In this document: one piece after another, positions 39,561 through 49,387 of the stretch
Layout of the letters: the number at the start of each line of letters is the position of its first letter
Numbering within the stretch: the stretch's first letter is position 1
From: a virus
Length of the DNA stretch: 64,000 nucleotides
IMG/VR virus record: IMGVR_UViG_3300044591_000896
Coordinates: 1-64,000 of that record
Direction: 5' to 3' (one strand)
Notes under the pieces: generated by a model
Database searches by the model: none
Told to the model about the DNA's origin: nothing
The model's input: only the letters and a program-made list of their open reading frames with translations
Position numbers and translations under genes: made by a program

Positions 39561-40668
39561 TAATTTTTGCCGCCCATGCTGCTTTTGTTGCTGCTAGCTT
39601 ATCTGCTGCAGCCTTAACTTCTGCTTGGTACTGTGACTCTGCTAATGCAATCGCTTTCAATGACTCAGCAATTAACAAAGCCTTTTGTTGTGCAGCCAAC
39701 TGTTCTGCTGTTACAGTAGGTGTTGATGTAACTACAGGCTTTCCTGTATAAGAAATTGCTGCTTGGAGATTAATAAGTTTATTAAATGTTCCTTGACGAC
39801 CAGTTGTGCTTGAAGCAGTTGATGTCATTGCATTTAATACCTGAGAGTATGTCCAAGAAGGATTCTTTTCTTTGATGAGCATCCAATATGCAGCAGCAAC
39901 TTGAACAGAAGCAGATGATCCAGCAATATACTTTTGAATATTTCCTGGTGACCAAGCAGCGTGATATCCTAGTGCAAATAAATCTAGGAGTGCGTTATCG
40001 TTGTTGCTGTTAGCTGCCATTTCGCCCTGTTGGTCTGTGTATCCAACTGAAATTGATTCTGGAATACAAGATGGCCAGTCAATTCTCTGATAGTCTCTGC
40101 CATTACCAGAAGGAAAGAATACTGGGATTCCGCTTGCCAATAAAGAGTTAATTGATGATCTTGTTGTTGGTGTTGCTGGGCAATAGTTTGTTCCAACAGC
40201 ACCAAGCATGTGATGACCTTGTGACATAGTTACAGCCTGAATGTTATACTTTTCCTTATTTGCATTTACCCAATTAAGTGCATTAAATACTGTCGACTCA
40301 CCAGCCGTTTGTCGTGAGCCTTTTGCTGTGTTACCAATAATTCTAACAAAAACAATCTTTGCATTTGGGTTATTAGCAATAAATACTGAGGCCATCTGTG
40401 TGCCATGATCAAATCCATTTTGAGACACATAAGGCATTTGAAGTGTAGCTGCTCCTGGGCCTTCCATAAATGTTTTTCCGTTTGGACATGATGCCCAGTC
40501 TAGAATACAAACTTCTGCGGCAATCTTATCTTTAAAGATTGGCAATGTAGAGTCTAGTGCTGTGTCTAGAATAGCAATTGTAGGTGCTGGTGCTGCCTGT
40601 GAGACAGTTGATGATAGCGGTAGGATTAGTGTTAGCGACAATAGCGCTGTTATTAGTTTTTTATTCAT
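39553..40668 (-). CDS. Secreted subtilisin-like (S8) serine protease
   Basis: Signal peptide; ILDTA (Asp), HGTQMAS (His), SGN, GSSAS (Ser). Confidence 0.82.
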   Translation of the reverse strand: MNKKLITALLSLTLILPLSSTVSQAAPAPTIAILDTALDSTLPIFKDKIAAEVCILDWASCPNGKTFMEGPGAATLQMPYVSQNGFDHGTQMASVFIANNPNAKIVFVRIIGNTAKGSRQTAGESTVFNALNWVNANKEKYNIQAVTMSQGHHMLGAVGTNYCPATPTTRSSINSLLASGIPVFFPSGNGRDYQRIDWPSCIPESISVGYTDQQGEMAANSNNDNALLDLFALGYHAAWSPGNIQKYIAGSSASVQVAAAYWMLIKEKNPSWTYSQVLNAMTSTASSTTGRQGTFNKLINLQAAISYTGKPVVTSTPTVTAEQLAAQQKALLIAESLKAIALAESQYQAEVKAAADKLAATKAAWAAKING

Positions 40669-40874
40669 ATGACAATTGTACTAAATATAATCAGGATGTC
40701 AATAGTCTTTTGAAGGTTTTTGGTACCATTTTCCAGAATCAAGCGAAGATGCATGATTGTTTAGTTTATCAGTTTCAGAATCTATTAGATTGCCTAGGGC
40801 AGTTGCCATTAATTCAAGATGCATTTCCATTCTTAAAACCTGCATTTCAAGCTGGCGAAGTCTCTCTGCTTTTC

Positions 40875-41210
40875 TCATTCAGTATTCTCTCTATCTAGTG
40901 GTGTTGGTGCTGTGGCAACGCTCCCGCATTGGGCGCATTCCATGTCTAAAAAATAAGTAGCAATTTCAAAGTTATCAAAGATTGCTTTAACATTAAATAT
41001 GTTACATCCGCATATGCATTCGTGAGTTGGATTGCCTCTTAGATCCATAGAGTTTCTGTAGTCTAGCCCAACACTATTTTCTTCTTGCTCATGTGGCTCA
41101 TCTCTATCCATATAGTATAGCCCTACTTTGTATTTTTCATTAAATTTTTTGACAAGCAAAACTAACTTAACTGTTATGGCTACTGACAAGACAAAGAATG
41201 CATATATCAT
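40875..41210 (-). CDS. Membrane-anchored zinc-ribbon protein
   Basis: N-terminal TM; CxCG...CxxCG. Confidence 0.55.
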   Translation of the reverse strand: MIYAFFVLSVAITVKLVLLVKKFNEKYKVGLYYMDRDEPHEQEENSVGLDYRNSMDLRGNPTHECICGCNIFNVKAIFDNFEIATYFLDMECAQCGSVATAPTPLDRENTE

Positions 41211-41224
41211 ATACCAATTATACT

Positions 41225-41782
41225 CTATACTTGTATGTATGTAAAGGGAGGCGCAACAGACATATTAAACTCTGCTGCCGCCTCAAGAGCAGCCTTTATT
41301 CTTACTCTTGGGTTCTTTTGATTCTTTGTTGCATATAAAGCACCAAGGGCAATCTGGCCACCGCTGCCTTCAGCCATGTAGTTAACAACATTCTCTCCAA
41401 CATGAAAGTCTTCATCTATAGTAAAGATTCTACCTTCTAGCCCGACTATAAAAATTCCACCTGTATCTTCTTCTGAGCTTGATCCTATGCTTCCGTATCC
41501 ATGATCTTTAAAAGCCTGCTTAACTGAATCAATAAACTTTGTTCTCATGAACTTATCTAGGCCTGAGTTTGTTTTGGTTGGAGTGTACTTTGGTGGAGTC
41601 CATGAGTATTGTAAAATTTGTCCCATACGAAATGAATCAGTAAAAGCAATTGCATACTGACCAGTCTTAAAACACTTAGGTTCTTTTCTTGACAGGATCC
41701 ATCCAGTTTTATCATCTGATGCGGCGTGGTCGGAACCCATATATACAGTTCCATTTTGGGCTATTGCTACTATACATGTCAT
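41225..41782 (-). CDS. Ntn-hydrolase, proteasome-beta/HslV-like protease
   Basis: N-terminal Thr (MTCIVA), MGSD, K, GSGG..ALGAL. Confidence 0.75.
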   Translation of the reverse strand: MTCIVAIAQNGTVYMGSDHAASDDKTGWILSRKEPKCFKTGQYAIAFTDSFRMGQILQYSWTPPKYTPTKTNSGLDKFMRTKFIDSVKQAFKDHGYGSIGSSSEEDTGGIFIVGLEGRIFTIDEDFHVGENVVNYMAEGSGGQIALGALYATKNQKNPRVRIKAALEAAAEFNMSVAPPFTYIQV

Positions 41783-41814
41783 AATACTAGTATACTATTT
41801 TTAAATTCGAAGTG

Positions 41815-42123
41815 CTAGCCCTCATTTATGTGAATATTAATATGGCTTAATTTAATTAAAGTGTCTTCCAGCTCAGCCTTTACTGCAATTAGCTCCTGAA
41901 TGGCCTCATAATATTTATCTTTCCATTCATCTAAATCCCGCTCAAGCTTATATAATTTAATTTGAAGATCTCTTAATTCTATCTTTAAATTATCTTGTGC
42001 TTTTTCTTCTTTTCTGAGCTTTTCTCTTCTTCTCTCCCTAAGCCCAGCAATGACTCCAGTACCCAATCCGCTGAGAAGTGCGGCTAGGATAGCTACTATG
42101 ATTTCTGCTATTGATATCTGCAT
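41815..42123 (-). CDS. Membrane-anchored coiled-coil protein
   Basis: TM helix followed by heptad repeats. Confidence 0.55.
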   Translation of the reverse strand: MQISIAEIIVAILAALLSGLGTGVIAGLRERRREKLRKEEKAQDNLKIELRDLQIKLYKLERDLDEWKDKYYEAIQELIAVKAELEDTLIKLSHINIHINEG

Positions 42124-42153
42124 TATACATCTATTATACCTTAATAATGTTTA

Positions 42154-43345
42154 TTAAACTAATAATTCAGATGCAGTAATATCATTTCCGCAGTATCTTT
42201 TTTTGATAACAAAATCTCTTACAGACTCTGATCCATACTGTCTTCCAGACAAAATGATTACCCATCTTGGCTCAAATTTTGATGTTATGCATGTCTCGCA
42301 CATTAGAAGATTGATTGGCAATAATGTGGACTTTCTAAGATTAAGTTGATTCTTTGTCTTATTACAGCTATAGCATAAAACTTTTTCCATTATTCATTTA
42401 CCTCTTCGCATTGTGTAGATTTAAAAAATCTAGAAACATCAAATCTGATGTTATCTCTTGAAAATAATCCTGCAAAATCTTTGATCAGTATAGCATATAT
42501 CTCTGGGTCTAGGTGTGGCCTTACTGATAAAAGTATCTCTTCTGCCTTTATGTAGTCTGCCTTTACAAATACACATTCGCCAGCCTTTGGTCTCTTTAAA
42601 ACCTTAGTGGTTATTTTTCCACCTGGCTCATGTAGGCTAACTGTCAAATAGTCTTTTGCAAATCCCCAGTCCTGATATCTATTGTACGCTTCTGCTGCAT
42701 CTATGGCATTATTTAAATGATAGATTGATCTTACTGGGCTTTCTCCATCACGAGCAATTGTAAGCATGTAAGAGGCATGATTGTTCTTTTGGCTTTCTAT
42801 AAAAGACGAAACAACATCTTCATGCTCTGGCTTTAATTCATTCATCTTCTTCCTCGATGTGCATAAGCACAATTTCATTCATGATAACAAAATCTTCGTT
42901 ATCTATAACTTCAACATGTTCTATTCCATCTTTTACATAAGATGCTTCTGATGCATATATTCCAATATTGCCAACTGTTCCGTAGCATTTTTCACTGTAT
43001 ATATATACAATGTTAATTATTTCAGGACTTTCTTTCACCTGGCACTCCCTCTAATTCGCATCTAACACCATAGGACTCTATGATATTTTTAACCATCTCA
43101 ACATATTCTATTACTCTTAATTTCATTGAACCGTCGTACTGACTAAAATTATCTTCGTATAACCTTATTGCTAAAAACTCTGGATACTTTACTATATCCA
43201 TTATTAAATTAGAGGCAGGCTTTTTTAATTCCCGCAATTTTGATGCCATCTCTTTTGAATAGAATACTGGCTTGTTTGGCTCACCAGTCCATTGGTTTAT
43301 GCCATACTTAAAGTGATCTTTACCATTGTTCTTATCAATAAACAT
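42154..43345 (-). other. Coupled hypothetical ORFs (42154-42390, 42390-42845, 42838-43038, 43022-43345)
   Basis: Overlapping ORFs downstream of whiB. Confidence 0.6.
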
Positions 43346-43646
43346 GTTTAGCCTTCAATCTTTTCCACACTTCTTTTGTTTTATGTGAGTTTCTGACCTT
43401 GTCAATAGAACCAGAATTTAAATAAACTCCACCCCATACTCCATAGTCATTATTATTAATTCCGTTTTCATAACATATAGCTATAACTGGGCAAGAAAGA
43501 CATGCCTCATCAATTGTCCTAGCTATATTTATATCTGACTCATACTTATCAAAAAATAGATTTGTGTCCATACCTAGGCATAAAGCAAGCTTATACCAAT
43601 TTGGATCTTCTTCTTCTATACCTAGATTACTTAAAATACTTGACAT
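43335..43646 (-). CDS. whiB: WhiB-family transcription factor
   Basis: Four Cys (ALC...CLSCPV..IC) and GVWGG. Confidence 0.9.
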   Translation of the reverse strand: MSSILSNLGIEEEDPNWYKLALCLGMDTNLFFDKYESDINIARTIDEACLSCPVIAICYENGINNNDYGVWGGVYLNSGSIDKVRNSHKTKEVWKRLKAKHVY

Positions 43647-43860
43647 ATTTTTTAGGCAGCTTCCAGATACCTTTACCGTTGACAGAAATTTTTTCTGCCT
43701 TACCCCATTGATTATCATGGAACATGCCACTTGTATCTGAGTAGCCGTTGTAATCTTTTTTCCAGATAACTAAATCATAATTATCCCAAAAAGATTTTTG
43801 AACTTTTGTTTGAGATCTGTTTATAAATATCTCAACGCCTTGCATTGTTAAATGAAGCAC
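43627..43860 (-). CDS. Hypothetical phage protein
   Basis: GTG start downstream of tRNA-Asn. Confidence 0.55.
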   Translation of the reverse strand: MLHLTMQGVEIFINRSQTKVQKSFWDNYDLVIWKKDYNGYSDTSGMFHDNQWGKAEKISVNGKGIWKLPKKYVKYFK

Positions 43861-43896
43861 TTCATTCCTATCAGTAAGTCCGCCTGATTTATTTCG

Positions 43897-43969
43897 CTGG
43901 CCCACCAGGTCTCGATCCTGGGACATCAGAGTTAACAGCTCTGCGCTCTACCAACTGAGCTATGGGCCA
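43897..43969 (-). tRNA. tRNA-Asn(GUU)
   Basis: TGGCCCA/TGGGCCA acceptor; CAGAG-CT-GTT-AA-CTCTG; T-loop ATCGAGA. Confidence 0.88.
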
Positions 43970-44195
43970 ATAGACAGAACCGCAGCATTACTATAATTAT
44001 ACAGTAACTACTGCGGTTGTGTCAAGAAATTTACTTTTTTTCTTTTATTGAAGATATGTTAACCTTTTTGATCTCATCATCAATATTAAATATATCTCCT
44101 ATATAATCAGTAGCGTCATCTAGGTTAAATGCTTCAACCTCGACCTCTACTAATAATTTTACAATATATTTATGCATAGTAATAGTATAGCATTT

Positions 44196-44507
44196 TTATG
44201 CTTTATTTGTAGCAGCTTTAGTTGAAATTCTACGATTTTCAACCTCTACGTCTGCCACTGTCTTTGCACTCTTATCTACTGTTGAGAATGCTGCATTAAT
44301 TTCATCTGCTGTAAGCTTGCCGTCGTCCATAAAAGCACGAGCTAATTTTTCAACTACAGCCGCTACAGCTGTTAATCCAGCTACGGTTATAGCTTTTGCA
44401 GTTGATATGCCTGCTATTGCTCCAGCGCCAATAACTGCTAGGCCATTTGCTGCGAAGACTGCTATTATACGCATTAATATATTTTTAATATTTTTTACGC
44501 TATTCAT
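44196..44507 (-). CDS. Membrane protein, holin-like
   Basis: Two TM segments; DDGKLT.DEI. Confidence 0.5.
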   Translation of the reverse strand: MNSVKNIKNILMRIIAVFAANGLAVIGAGAIAGISTAKAITVAGLTAVAAVVEKLARAFMDDGKLTADEINAAFSTVDKSAKTVADVEVENRRISTKAATNKA

Positions 44508-44508
44508 T

Positions 44509-44691
44509 TTAGTCCCCCTCTCTATTTCTTATTGGGCTGGTTAATATCCACAGTGCAGTTGTGGCAATAATTCCATAGCCAACAATTGTTTTTGCGCTAC
44601 CATCCAAAACAACCCAAGCAATAAACATACCAAGAAGGGTCCATGCTTGGTCAACCATATCCTTTAGGATATTCTTTATTATTCTTACCAT
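44509..44691 (-). CDS. Small membrane protein
   Basis: WTLLGMFIAWVVL; coupled to 44685 gene. Confidence 0.55.
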   Translation of the reverse strand: MVRIIKNILKDMVDQAWTLLGMFIAWVVLDGSAKTIVGYGIIATTALWILTSPIRNREGD

Positions 44692-47105
44692 CTTCGTCCT
44701 CCTCGTGAACCTGGTGAATTTGCTCCTGAGCCTCCACCAGAACTTCCTCCGCCTCCTGTGCCACCCCCTGTGGCTCCTCCTGTAGCAACTGCTGCTGCAT
44801 TAATTGCTGCACCTGCTGCAACTACTGTGGCAACAACCATGTCTGTTGCCTCTTCTCTTTCTTCATCAGTCATATCTGCGCCTATGCTGCCAAGAGCAGC
44901 TATTGCTGCTGCTGGGTTGGTCAGCGCTGCCTCTAGCAATGCTCCTGGATCTTGAACTAATTCTATATTTGCAGCAACTGCTGCAGTAATTACAAGCGCA
45001 TTACCATTTTCATCTGTTCTGACTTCAACAGGTGTGGATGCTGGTAGGTCAGAATATGAAACACCAGCAGCTTTAATATCTGCTGCTGAAACTGATTGAC
45101 CTGGTGCAAGATTTTCTATTAATTTTTCTACAACAATTTCTTTTTGTGCTTCAGTTAGTTTGCCTTCTTCTGCTGCTTTTTTTAATTCCTCCGCCTCTGC
45201 TTTTGCTGCTTCTGCAGCTTTTGCTTCAGCTTCCGCTTTTGCATCTGCCTCTTCTTGTGCTTTAGCTTCCGCCTCTGCTTTAGCGTCTGCTTCTTCTTGA
45301 GCCTTTGCTTCTGCTTCAGCCTTTGCATCCGCTTCTGCCTGCGCTGCAGCTAATGCCTCTGCTTCTAATCTATCTGCTTCTGCCTTTGCATCTGCTTCAG
45401 CTTGTTCTTTAGCTTCTTGCTCTGCTTTAGCAGCGGCTTCTTCTGCGGCTATACGGTCAGCCTCTGCTTTAGCAGCGGCTTCTTCTGCGGCTATACGGTC
45501 AGCCTCTGCTTTAGCAGCGGCTTCTTCTGCGGCTTTAGCTTCTGCTTCTGCCTTTGCTGCAGCTTCCGCTGCTGCTTTAGCTTCTGCTTCTGCAGCTTCC
45601 GCTGCTGCTTTAGCGGCTGCTTGGGCGGCTGCTTGGGCTGCTGCGGCTTGGGCTGCTGCGGCTTCTGCTGCTGCTGCTTGGGCTGCTGCTTGGGCAGCTG
45701 CGGCTTCTGCTGCTGCTTGGGCTGCTGCTTGGGCTGCTGCTTGCTGCTCTGCATAATAATTAACTGTAACCTGTGCTGCATTTGTCATTGCAGTTACTGC
45801 TTCATTTACTTTTGTTGTTGCTGTATTAGCAAGAGTATCTGCTGCTTGAACTGTTACTGTAGCAGTTTCTGTAAGCTGAGTAAGTGTAGCAACTTCTACT
45901 GCTTTTACCTCTGTTTTATCTACAACTACTGCTTCTGCAGCAGTCTTTTGTGCAGTAAGAGTATTAAGTACTGCGGTATCAGCGTTAAGAGTTGTTTGTG
46001 CAGTAGAAACTGCGGCAACTAACACAGGATCTTTTGTAACTACTGTGGTCGCAAATGCTGTTTGATTTGGAGTAGTAAAATATCCACTTCCATCCTGCCT
46101 CATTATTAACCAGCCAAGTATAACTTGTGAACCTCCACCATTTTCATAGTACCAAATAGTAAAGTCCTGTTGCTTATCTGTAGTGGTGTTATAGGTTGGA
46201 GAGTATTGGCTCCACCCTCCGCCCTTATCAATCCATTCATTAATTGCAAGCTGTCCATCAACATACATCTTTGCTCCATCGTCTGAATGTATTGCATATT
46301 TTACCGTTACTGCTTCTTCTGGAACGGTAATAGTTCCTTCAAATTTTACAATTACATTGTCCACTCTGCCAGAATTAAATACCTCACCGCTTCCAAATTG
46401 GTGAGCTATATAAGGAACTGTTGTGGTTGAAAGTGGTGTTGCATTTTCTGCTGGAAGTGGTGGCTGCTGTCCCCCAGGTGATGCGTATGTTGTTACCTCA
46501 ATCCCATTGGTTGTTGTTTCTACAGCTGAGGCATCTGCTGCTGCCTGTGCTGTAGCAAGATTTGTGGTGTCTGTAGCAACTACAGCAGTCTGAGATTCAA
46601 CCTGTTGAGTTACTGTATTTAAATTTGTTTGAGCATTATTTAGATTTGTTGTTGCTGTGGCAACTACTGCAGTTTGTGATTCAACTGCTGCTTGGGCGGT
46701 TGCTGCAACTGTGACTGCTGTTTCAGCAGACTGTATTGCATTATTGGCTTCTTGCACCTTGACAGTAGCTTCAGCAACAGCTGTGGCTATGGGCTCTTGT
46801 GTTGTAGCAATTGTTGTAGCAGATTGAGTATCTGTGTTTGGTACATTAGCCTGTATTGTTGCCACTATTGTTGATGCTTGAGTTTCTGCTGCTTGTGATA
46901 AAGTTGTTTGTGCCGCCTCTACTTTATCTGCGACTATCTCAACTGTAATAGGAGTGGTTGCTGTGGCGGTATCTGAAACTGAACTTGGATCTGCAGGCGT
47001 TACTTGAACTGTAACTTCCTCTGCATTTGCAATGCTTGGTCCAAAAAGGAAAAGCCAGCCCATTATAAAAAGGCTGGTTAAAGAATACTGTAACTTTCTA
47101 GTCAA
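44685..47105 (-). CDS. Large secreted PA14-domain protein with Ala/Glu/Lys coiled coil
   Basis: Signal peptide; HSDDGAKMYVDGQL...W.D.G...WYYENGG (PA14); hydrophobic C-terminus. Confidence 0.75.
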   Translation of the reverse strand: MTRKLQYSLTSLFIMGWLFLFGPSIANAEEVTVQVTPADPSSVSDTATATTPITVEIVADKVEAAQTTLSQAAETQASTIVATIQANVPNTDTQSATTIATTQEPIATAVAEATVKVQEANNAIQSAETAVTVAATAQAAVESQTAVVATATTNLNNAQTNLNTVTQQVESQTAVVATDTTNLATAQAAADASAVETTTNGIEVTTYASPGGQQPPLPAENATPLSTTTVPYIAHQFGSGEVFNSGRVDNVIVKFEGTITVPEEAVTVKYAIHSDDGAKMYVDGQLAINEWIDKGGGWSQYSPTYNTTTDKQQDFTIWYYENGGGSQVILGWLIMRQDGSGYFTTPNQTAFATTVVTKDPVLVAAVSTAQTTLNADTAVLNTLTAQKTAAEAVVVDKTEVKAVEVATLTQLTETATVTVQAADTLANTATTKVNEAVTAMTNAAQVTVNYYAEQQAAAQAAAQAAAEAAAAQAAAQAAAAEAAAAQAAAAQAAAQAAAKAAAEAAEAEAKAAAEAAAKAEAEAKAAEEAAAKAEADRIAAEEAAAKAEADRIAAEEAAAKAEQEAKEQAEADAKAEADRLEAEALAAAQAEADAKAEAEAKAQEEADAKAEAEAKAQEEADAKAEAEAKAAEAAKAEAEELKKAAEEGKLTEAQKEIVVEKLIENLAPGQSVSAADIKAAGVSYSDLPASTPVEVRTDENGNALVITAAVAANIELVQDPGALLEAALTNPAAAIAALGSIGADMTDEEREEATDMVVATVVAAGAAINAAAVATGGATGGGTGGGGSSGGGSGANSPGSRGGRRW
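45180..45745. repeat. Low-complexity coding repeats (AAQAAA, AEEAAAKAEADRI, AEAKAQEEADAK)
   Basis: Tandem GCT/GCA-rich units. Confidence 0.85.
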
Positions 47106-47172
47106 CTAGGTATCTCCTAAGTAATGCAATATTTTTGCTTACTTAGTAATTATACCAGAATGTTAATTTAAA

Positions 47173-47361
47173 CTACTTAGGATTGTCTGTCTTATAAAAG
47201 CCATTACCTTTAAACTGTATCCCAAATGGAGTAAAGTGTCTTATCATTGGTGACTCACATTCTACACATTCGTAGCCTGGGTCATCTTCCACAATTGATC
47301 TATGTACTGACATGGTTGCATGTGCATCATCTTCGCTGCACTTATACTCATAAACTGGCAT
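47173..47361 (-). CDS. FmdB-family zinc-ribbon protein
   Basis: MPVYEYKC...CxxC...FKGNGFYKTD. Confidence 0.85.
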   Translation of the reverse strand: MPVYEYKCSEDDAHATMSVHRSIVEDDPGYECVECESPMIRHFTPFGIQFKGNGFYKTDNPK

Positions 47362-48100
47362 TATCTTCTCCTAAAATCTCTAGCACAACTTGGTGTATAT
47401 CTGAATCATTCTTACCGAAAGATGTATTAGATATAAGTATATCAGTTACACCCTGATTTTCCAACTGTTTAATTTGATTCTTTATCTCTTCTTTATTACC
47501 AAATATAGTATTATTCTTTTCCTTGCCATTTGGCATGCCGTCATAAATAAACTTAGCGTGGTCATCTATAATAGCTGATAGTCTTACTATCGTTCTTCCG
47601 CCCTGTGATCCAAGCTCATCAAATTTTGATAGGGTGACTATCTGTCCATCTCCAAACTTGGCTACGCTTTCAGCAGTTTCCTTAGATGAACCGCTAAAGA
47701 ATATCTCTGGGCAATTTTTATTTACAGATCTAAGTCTTTCAACAAACAAAGCGCTTTGCTTCTTCCTGTCTTCTATTGAAGTGGGGATACAAAACAATGC
47801 TTGATCATCGTCATATGTGCCAGCTATTATATTCAAAGATATTCTGCCTGGCTCAATCTCATTAAATGCGTCTATCATCATAGAGCAATAGGCTGCTGTT
47901 ATAGCATATGGCCTAATAGCAATCATATACTTAACCTTGTCCTCAGTATTAATTGCATGGGCAGCCTTAATCCAATAGTCTGATTCGTCTGAGTGGAATG
48001 TCAGTAGCATAGAATCATACTTATAAAAGTCTATGACCTTAGATAAAGTTTTTAAATCTTTGGGATTAAGATTGTTCTTGACCATCCAATGAAATTTCAT
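47348..48100 (-). CDS. Luciferase-like flavin monooxygenase (LLM/SsuD-like, shortened)
   Basis: MIAIRP, GRISLNIIAG, FFSGSS, G..EEI..QI..L...GV. Confidence 0.7.
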   Translation of the reverse strand: MKFHWMVKNNLNPKDLKTLSKVIDFYKYDSMLLTFHSDESDYWIKAAHAINTEDKVKYMIAIRPYAITAAYCSMMIDAFNEIEPGRISLNIIAGTYDDDQALFCIPTSIEDRKKQSALFVERLRSVNKNCPEIFFSGSSKETAESVAKFGDGQIVTLSKFDELGSQGGRTIVRLSAIIDDHAKFIYDGMPNGKEKNNTIFGNKEEIKNQIKQLENQGVTDILISNTSFGKNDSDIHQVVLEILGEDNASL

Positions 48101-48300
48101 TTTCTACCCCACTGAATGTGGTTCCACCCACGCTCATGTGCGTAGTAAATAAAGACTTTAACTACTGTCTCCCAAAAAGCAATAGCACCTGATAGAGTTG
48201 CGTCTCCAGTAATCACATAAGCAACAACAAATGATGATAGTGTTCCCCATATGCGATAACTAAGTGCTTTAGTAAATGATCTCGCTCTAGTTACTGTCAT
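48097..48300 (-). CDS. DUF2061 family membrane protein
   Basis: RSFTKALSYR...YYAHERGW..I.WG. Confidence 0.8.
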   Translation of the reverse strand: MTVTRARSFTKALSYRIWGTLSSFVVAYVITGDATLSGAIAFWETVVKVFIYYAHERGWNHIQWGRK

Positions 48301-48500
48301 TCTTTACCCCAATTAAATGAGTTCCATACTCTTTCATGGTAGTAATAACAAATAAAATTAACAGCATTTGTTATAATAGTTGCCATTGTAGCCATGTTTA
48401 TGTCCTTGCTTAAAGCATAAAGAGTAATAAAGGTTGTCAGTAAAGCAATGGCTCTCCATGTCAAAGACTTGACAAATGATCTTTTTTTAGAGACGTTCAT
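48297..48500 (-). CDS. DUF2061 family membrane protein
   Basis: RSFVKSLTWR...YYYHERVW...WG. Confidence 0.8.
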   Translation of the reverse strand: MNVSKKRSFVKSLTWRAIALLTTFITLYALSKDINMATMATIITNAVNFICYYYHERVWNSFNWGKE

Positions 48501-48574
48501 CGTCTACCTCTTCTTTAAACCAATTAGAATACAGTCTTGCCTCTGCATCCGCAATCTTGTTGTCAAAGAAAATG

Positions 48575-49336
48575 TTATAGACCCATTTCAATCCGCTTTT
48601 GAGTAGCTGAAATAGCATGAATTGTTGCCCCCAAATCTACTTGCTCAATCTTATATCCTACATCACGACCATATACAATATTAGTAATGTTAGGTAATCT
48701 TAATACTAATGCACCATCCATAAATTCATCTTTGGCAATATATTCTTTTACCTGATCAAACTTAAGTGGATCCTTCTCGCTTGTTTTATATGTGTTACGC
48801 ACACCAAGCAGCACCTGCTTTGTTCTCTTTCCCGCCTCTTCATATAATGCGTGATGTCCTTCATGCCATGGCTGATACCTACCAAGCATTAATGTAGTTG
48901 GTGCTGACCAATCGTGAAGATTAAAATAACTAATAATTACTGAGGCTTTTTGCTCAGCATCTAGTTTGTGACTATCAAATTTTGCATCAGGATCTTCTGG
49001 CTTTTCAAACATCTTGTTTGTATCTTCAAATCTTCCCTCTTCTATTGTATCCATGAAGATAAGAATGTCTGGCTTACCGAATGCTGCACGAGTTAATTCT
49101 GTAGGACAAACAAAGTCAACTACTACTGGTGCTACTCCTTGCTTGGCAATTAATCTTGCCATCTCTCCCATGCGTCTTGCTTGCTCTATTCTATCTTCAG
49201 CACTAAATCCTAGGTCAGAATTTACTGTTGCACGGACTTCATCTGCATTAAGATGTATTGCGTTAATTCTTTCTTTTAAAGCTTTTGCAAGCTCTGTCTT
49301 TCCAGAACCTGGGAGACCAATTATTTGAATAATCAT
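48575..49336 (-). CDS. cysC: Adenylylsulfate kinase-like domain fused to HxGH nucleotidyltransferase domain
   Basis: GLPGSGKT, LNADEVR...DLGFS.EDR; GRYQPWHEGH...ISAT. Confidence 0.75.
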   Translation of the reverse strand: MIIQIIGLPGSGKTELAKALKERINAIHLNADEVRATVNSDLGFSAEDRIEQARRMGEMARLIAKQGVAPVVVDFVCPTELTRAAFGKPDILIFMDTIEEGRFEDTNKMFEKPEDPDAKFDSHKLDAEQKASVIISYFNLHDWSAPTTLMLGRYQPWHEGHHALYEEAGKRTKQVLLGVRNTYKTSEKDPLKFDQVKEYIAKDEFMDGALVLRLPNITNIVYGRDVGYKIEQVDLGATIHAISATQKRIEMGL

Positions 49337-49355
49337 TTTAATCTTTCTGTTAAGT

Positions 49356-49381
49356 GGGTAGTTTTAGGACATACCCAGGTC
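49356..49381 (-). ncRNA. Mini H-type pseudoknot motif, copy 2
   Basis: GAC-CTGGGTAT-GTC-CT-AAAAC-TACCC. Confidence 0.5.
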
Positions 49382-49387
49382 TCACGG

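Noticed and set aside
45402-46022. Cys/Phe-rich plus-strand ORF and Gln/Pro-rich minus-strand ORF
   Set aside because: Antisense or shifted frames of the Ala-rich repeat in the PA14 protein.
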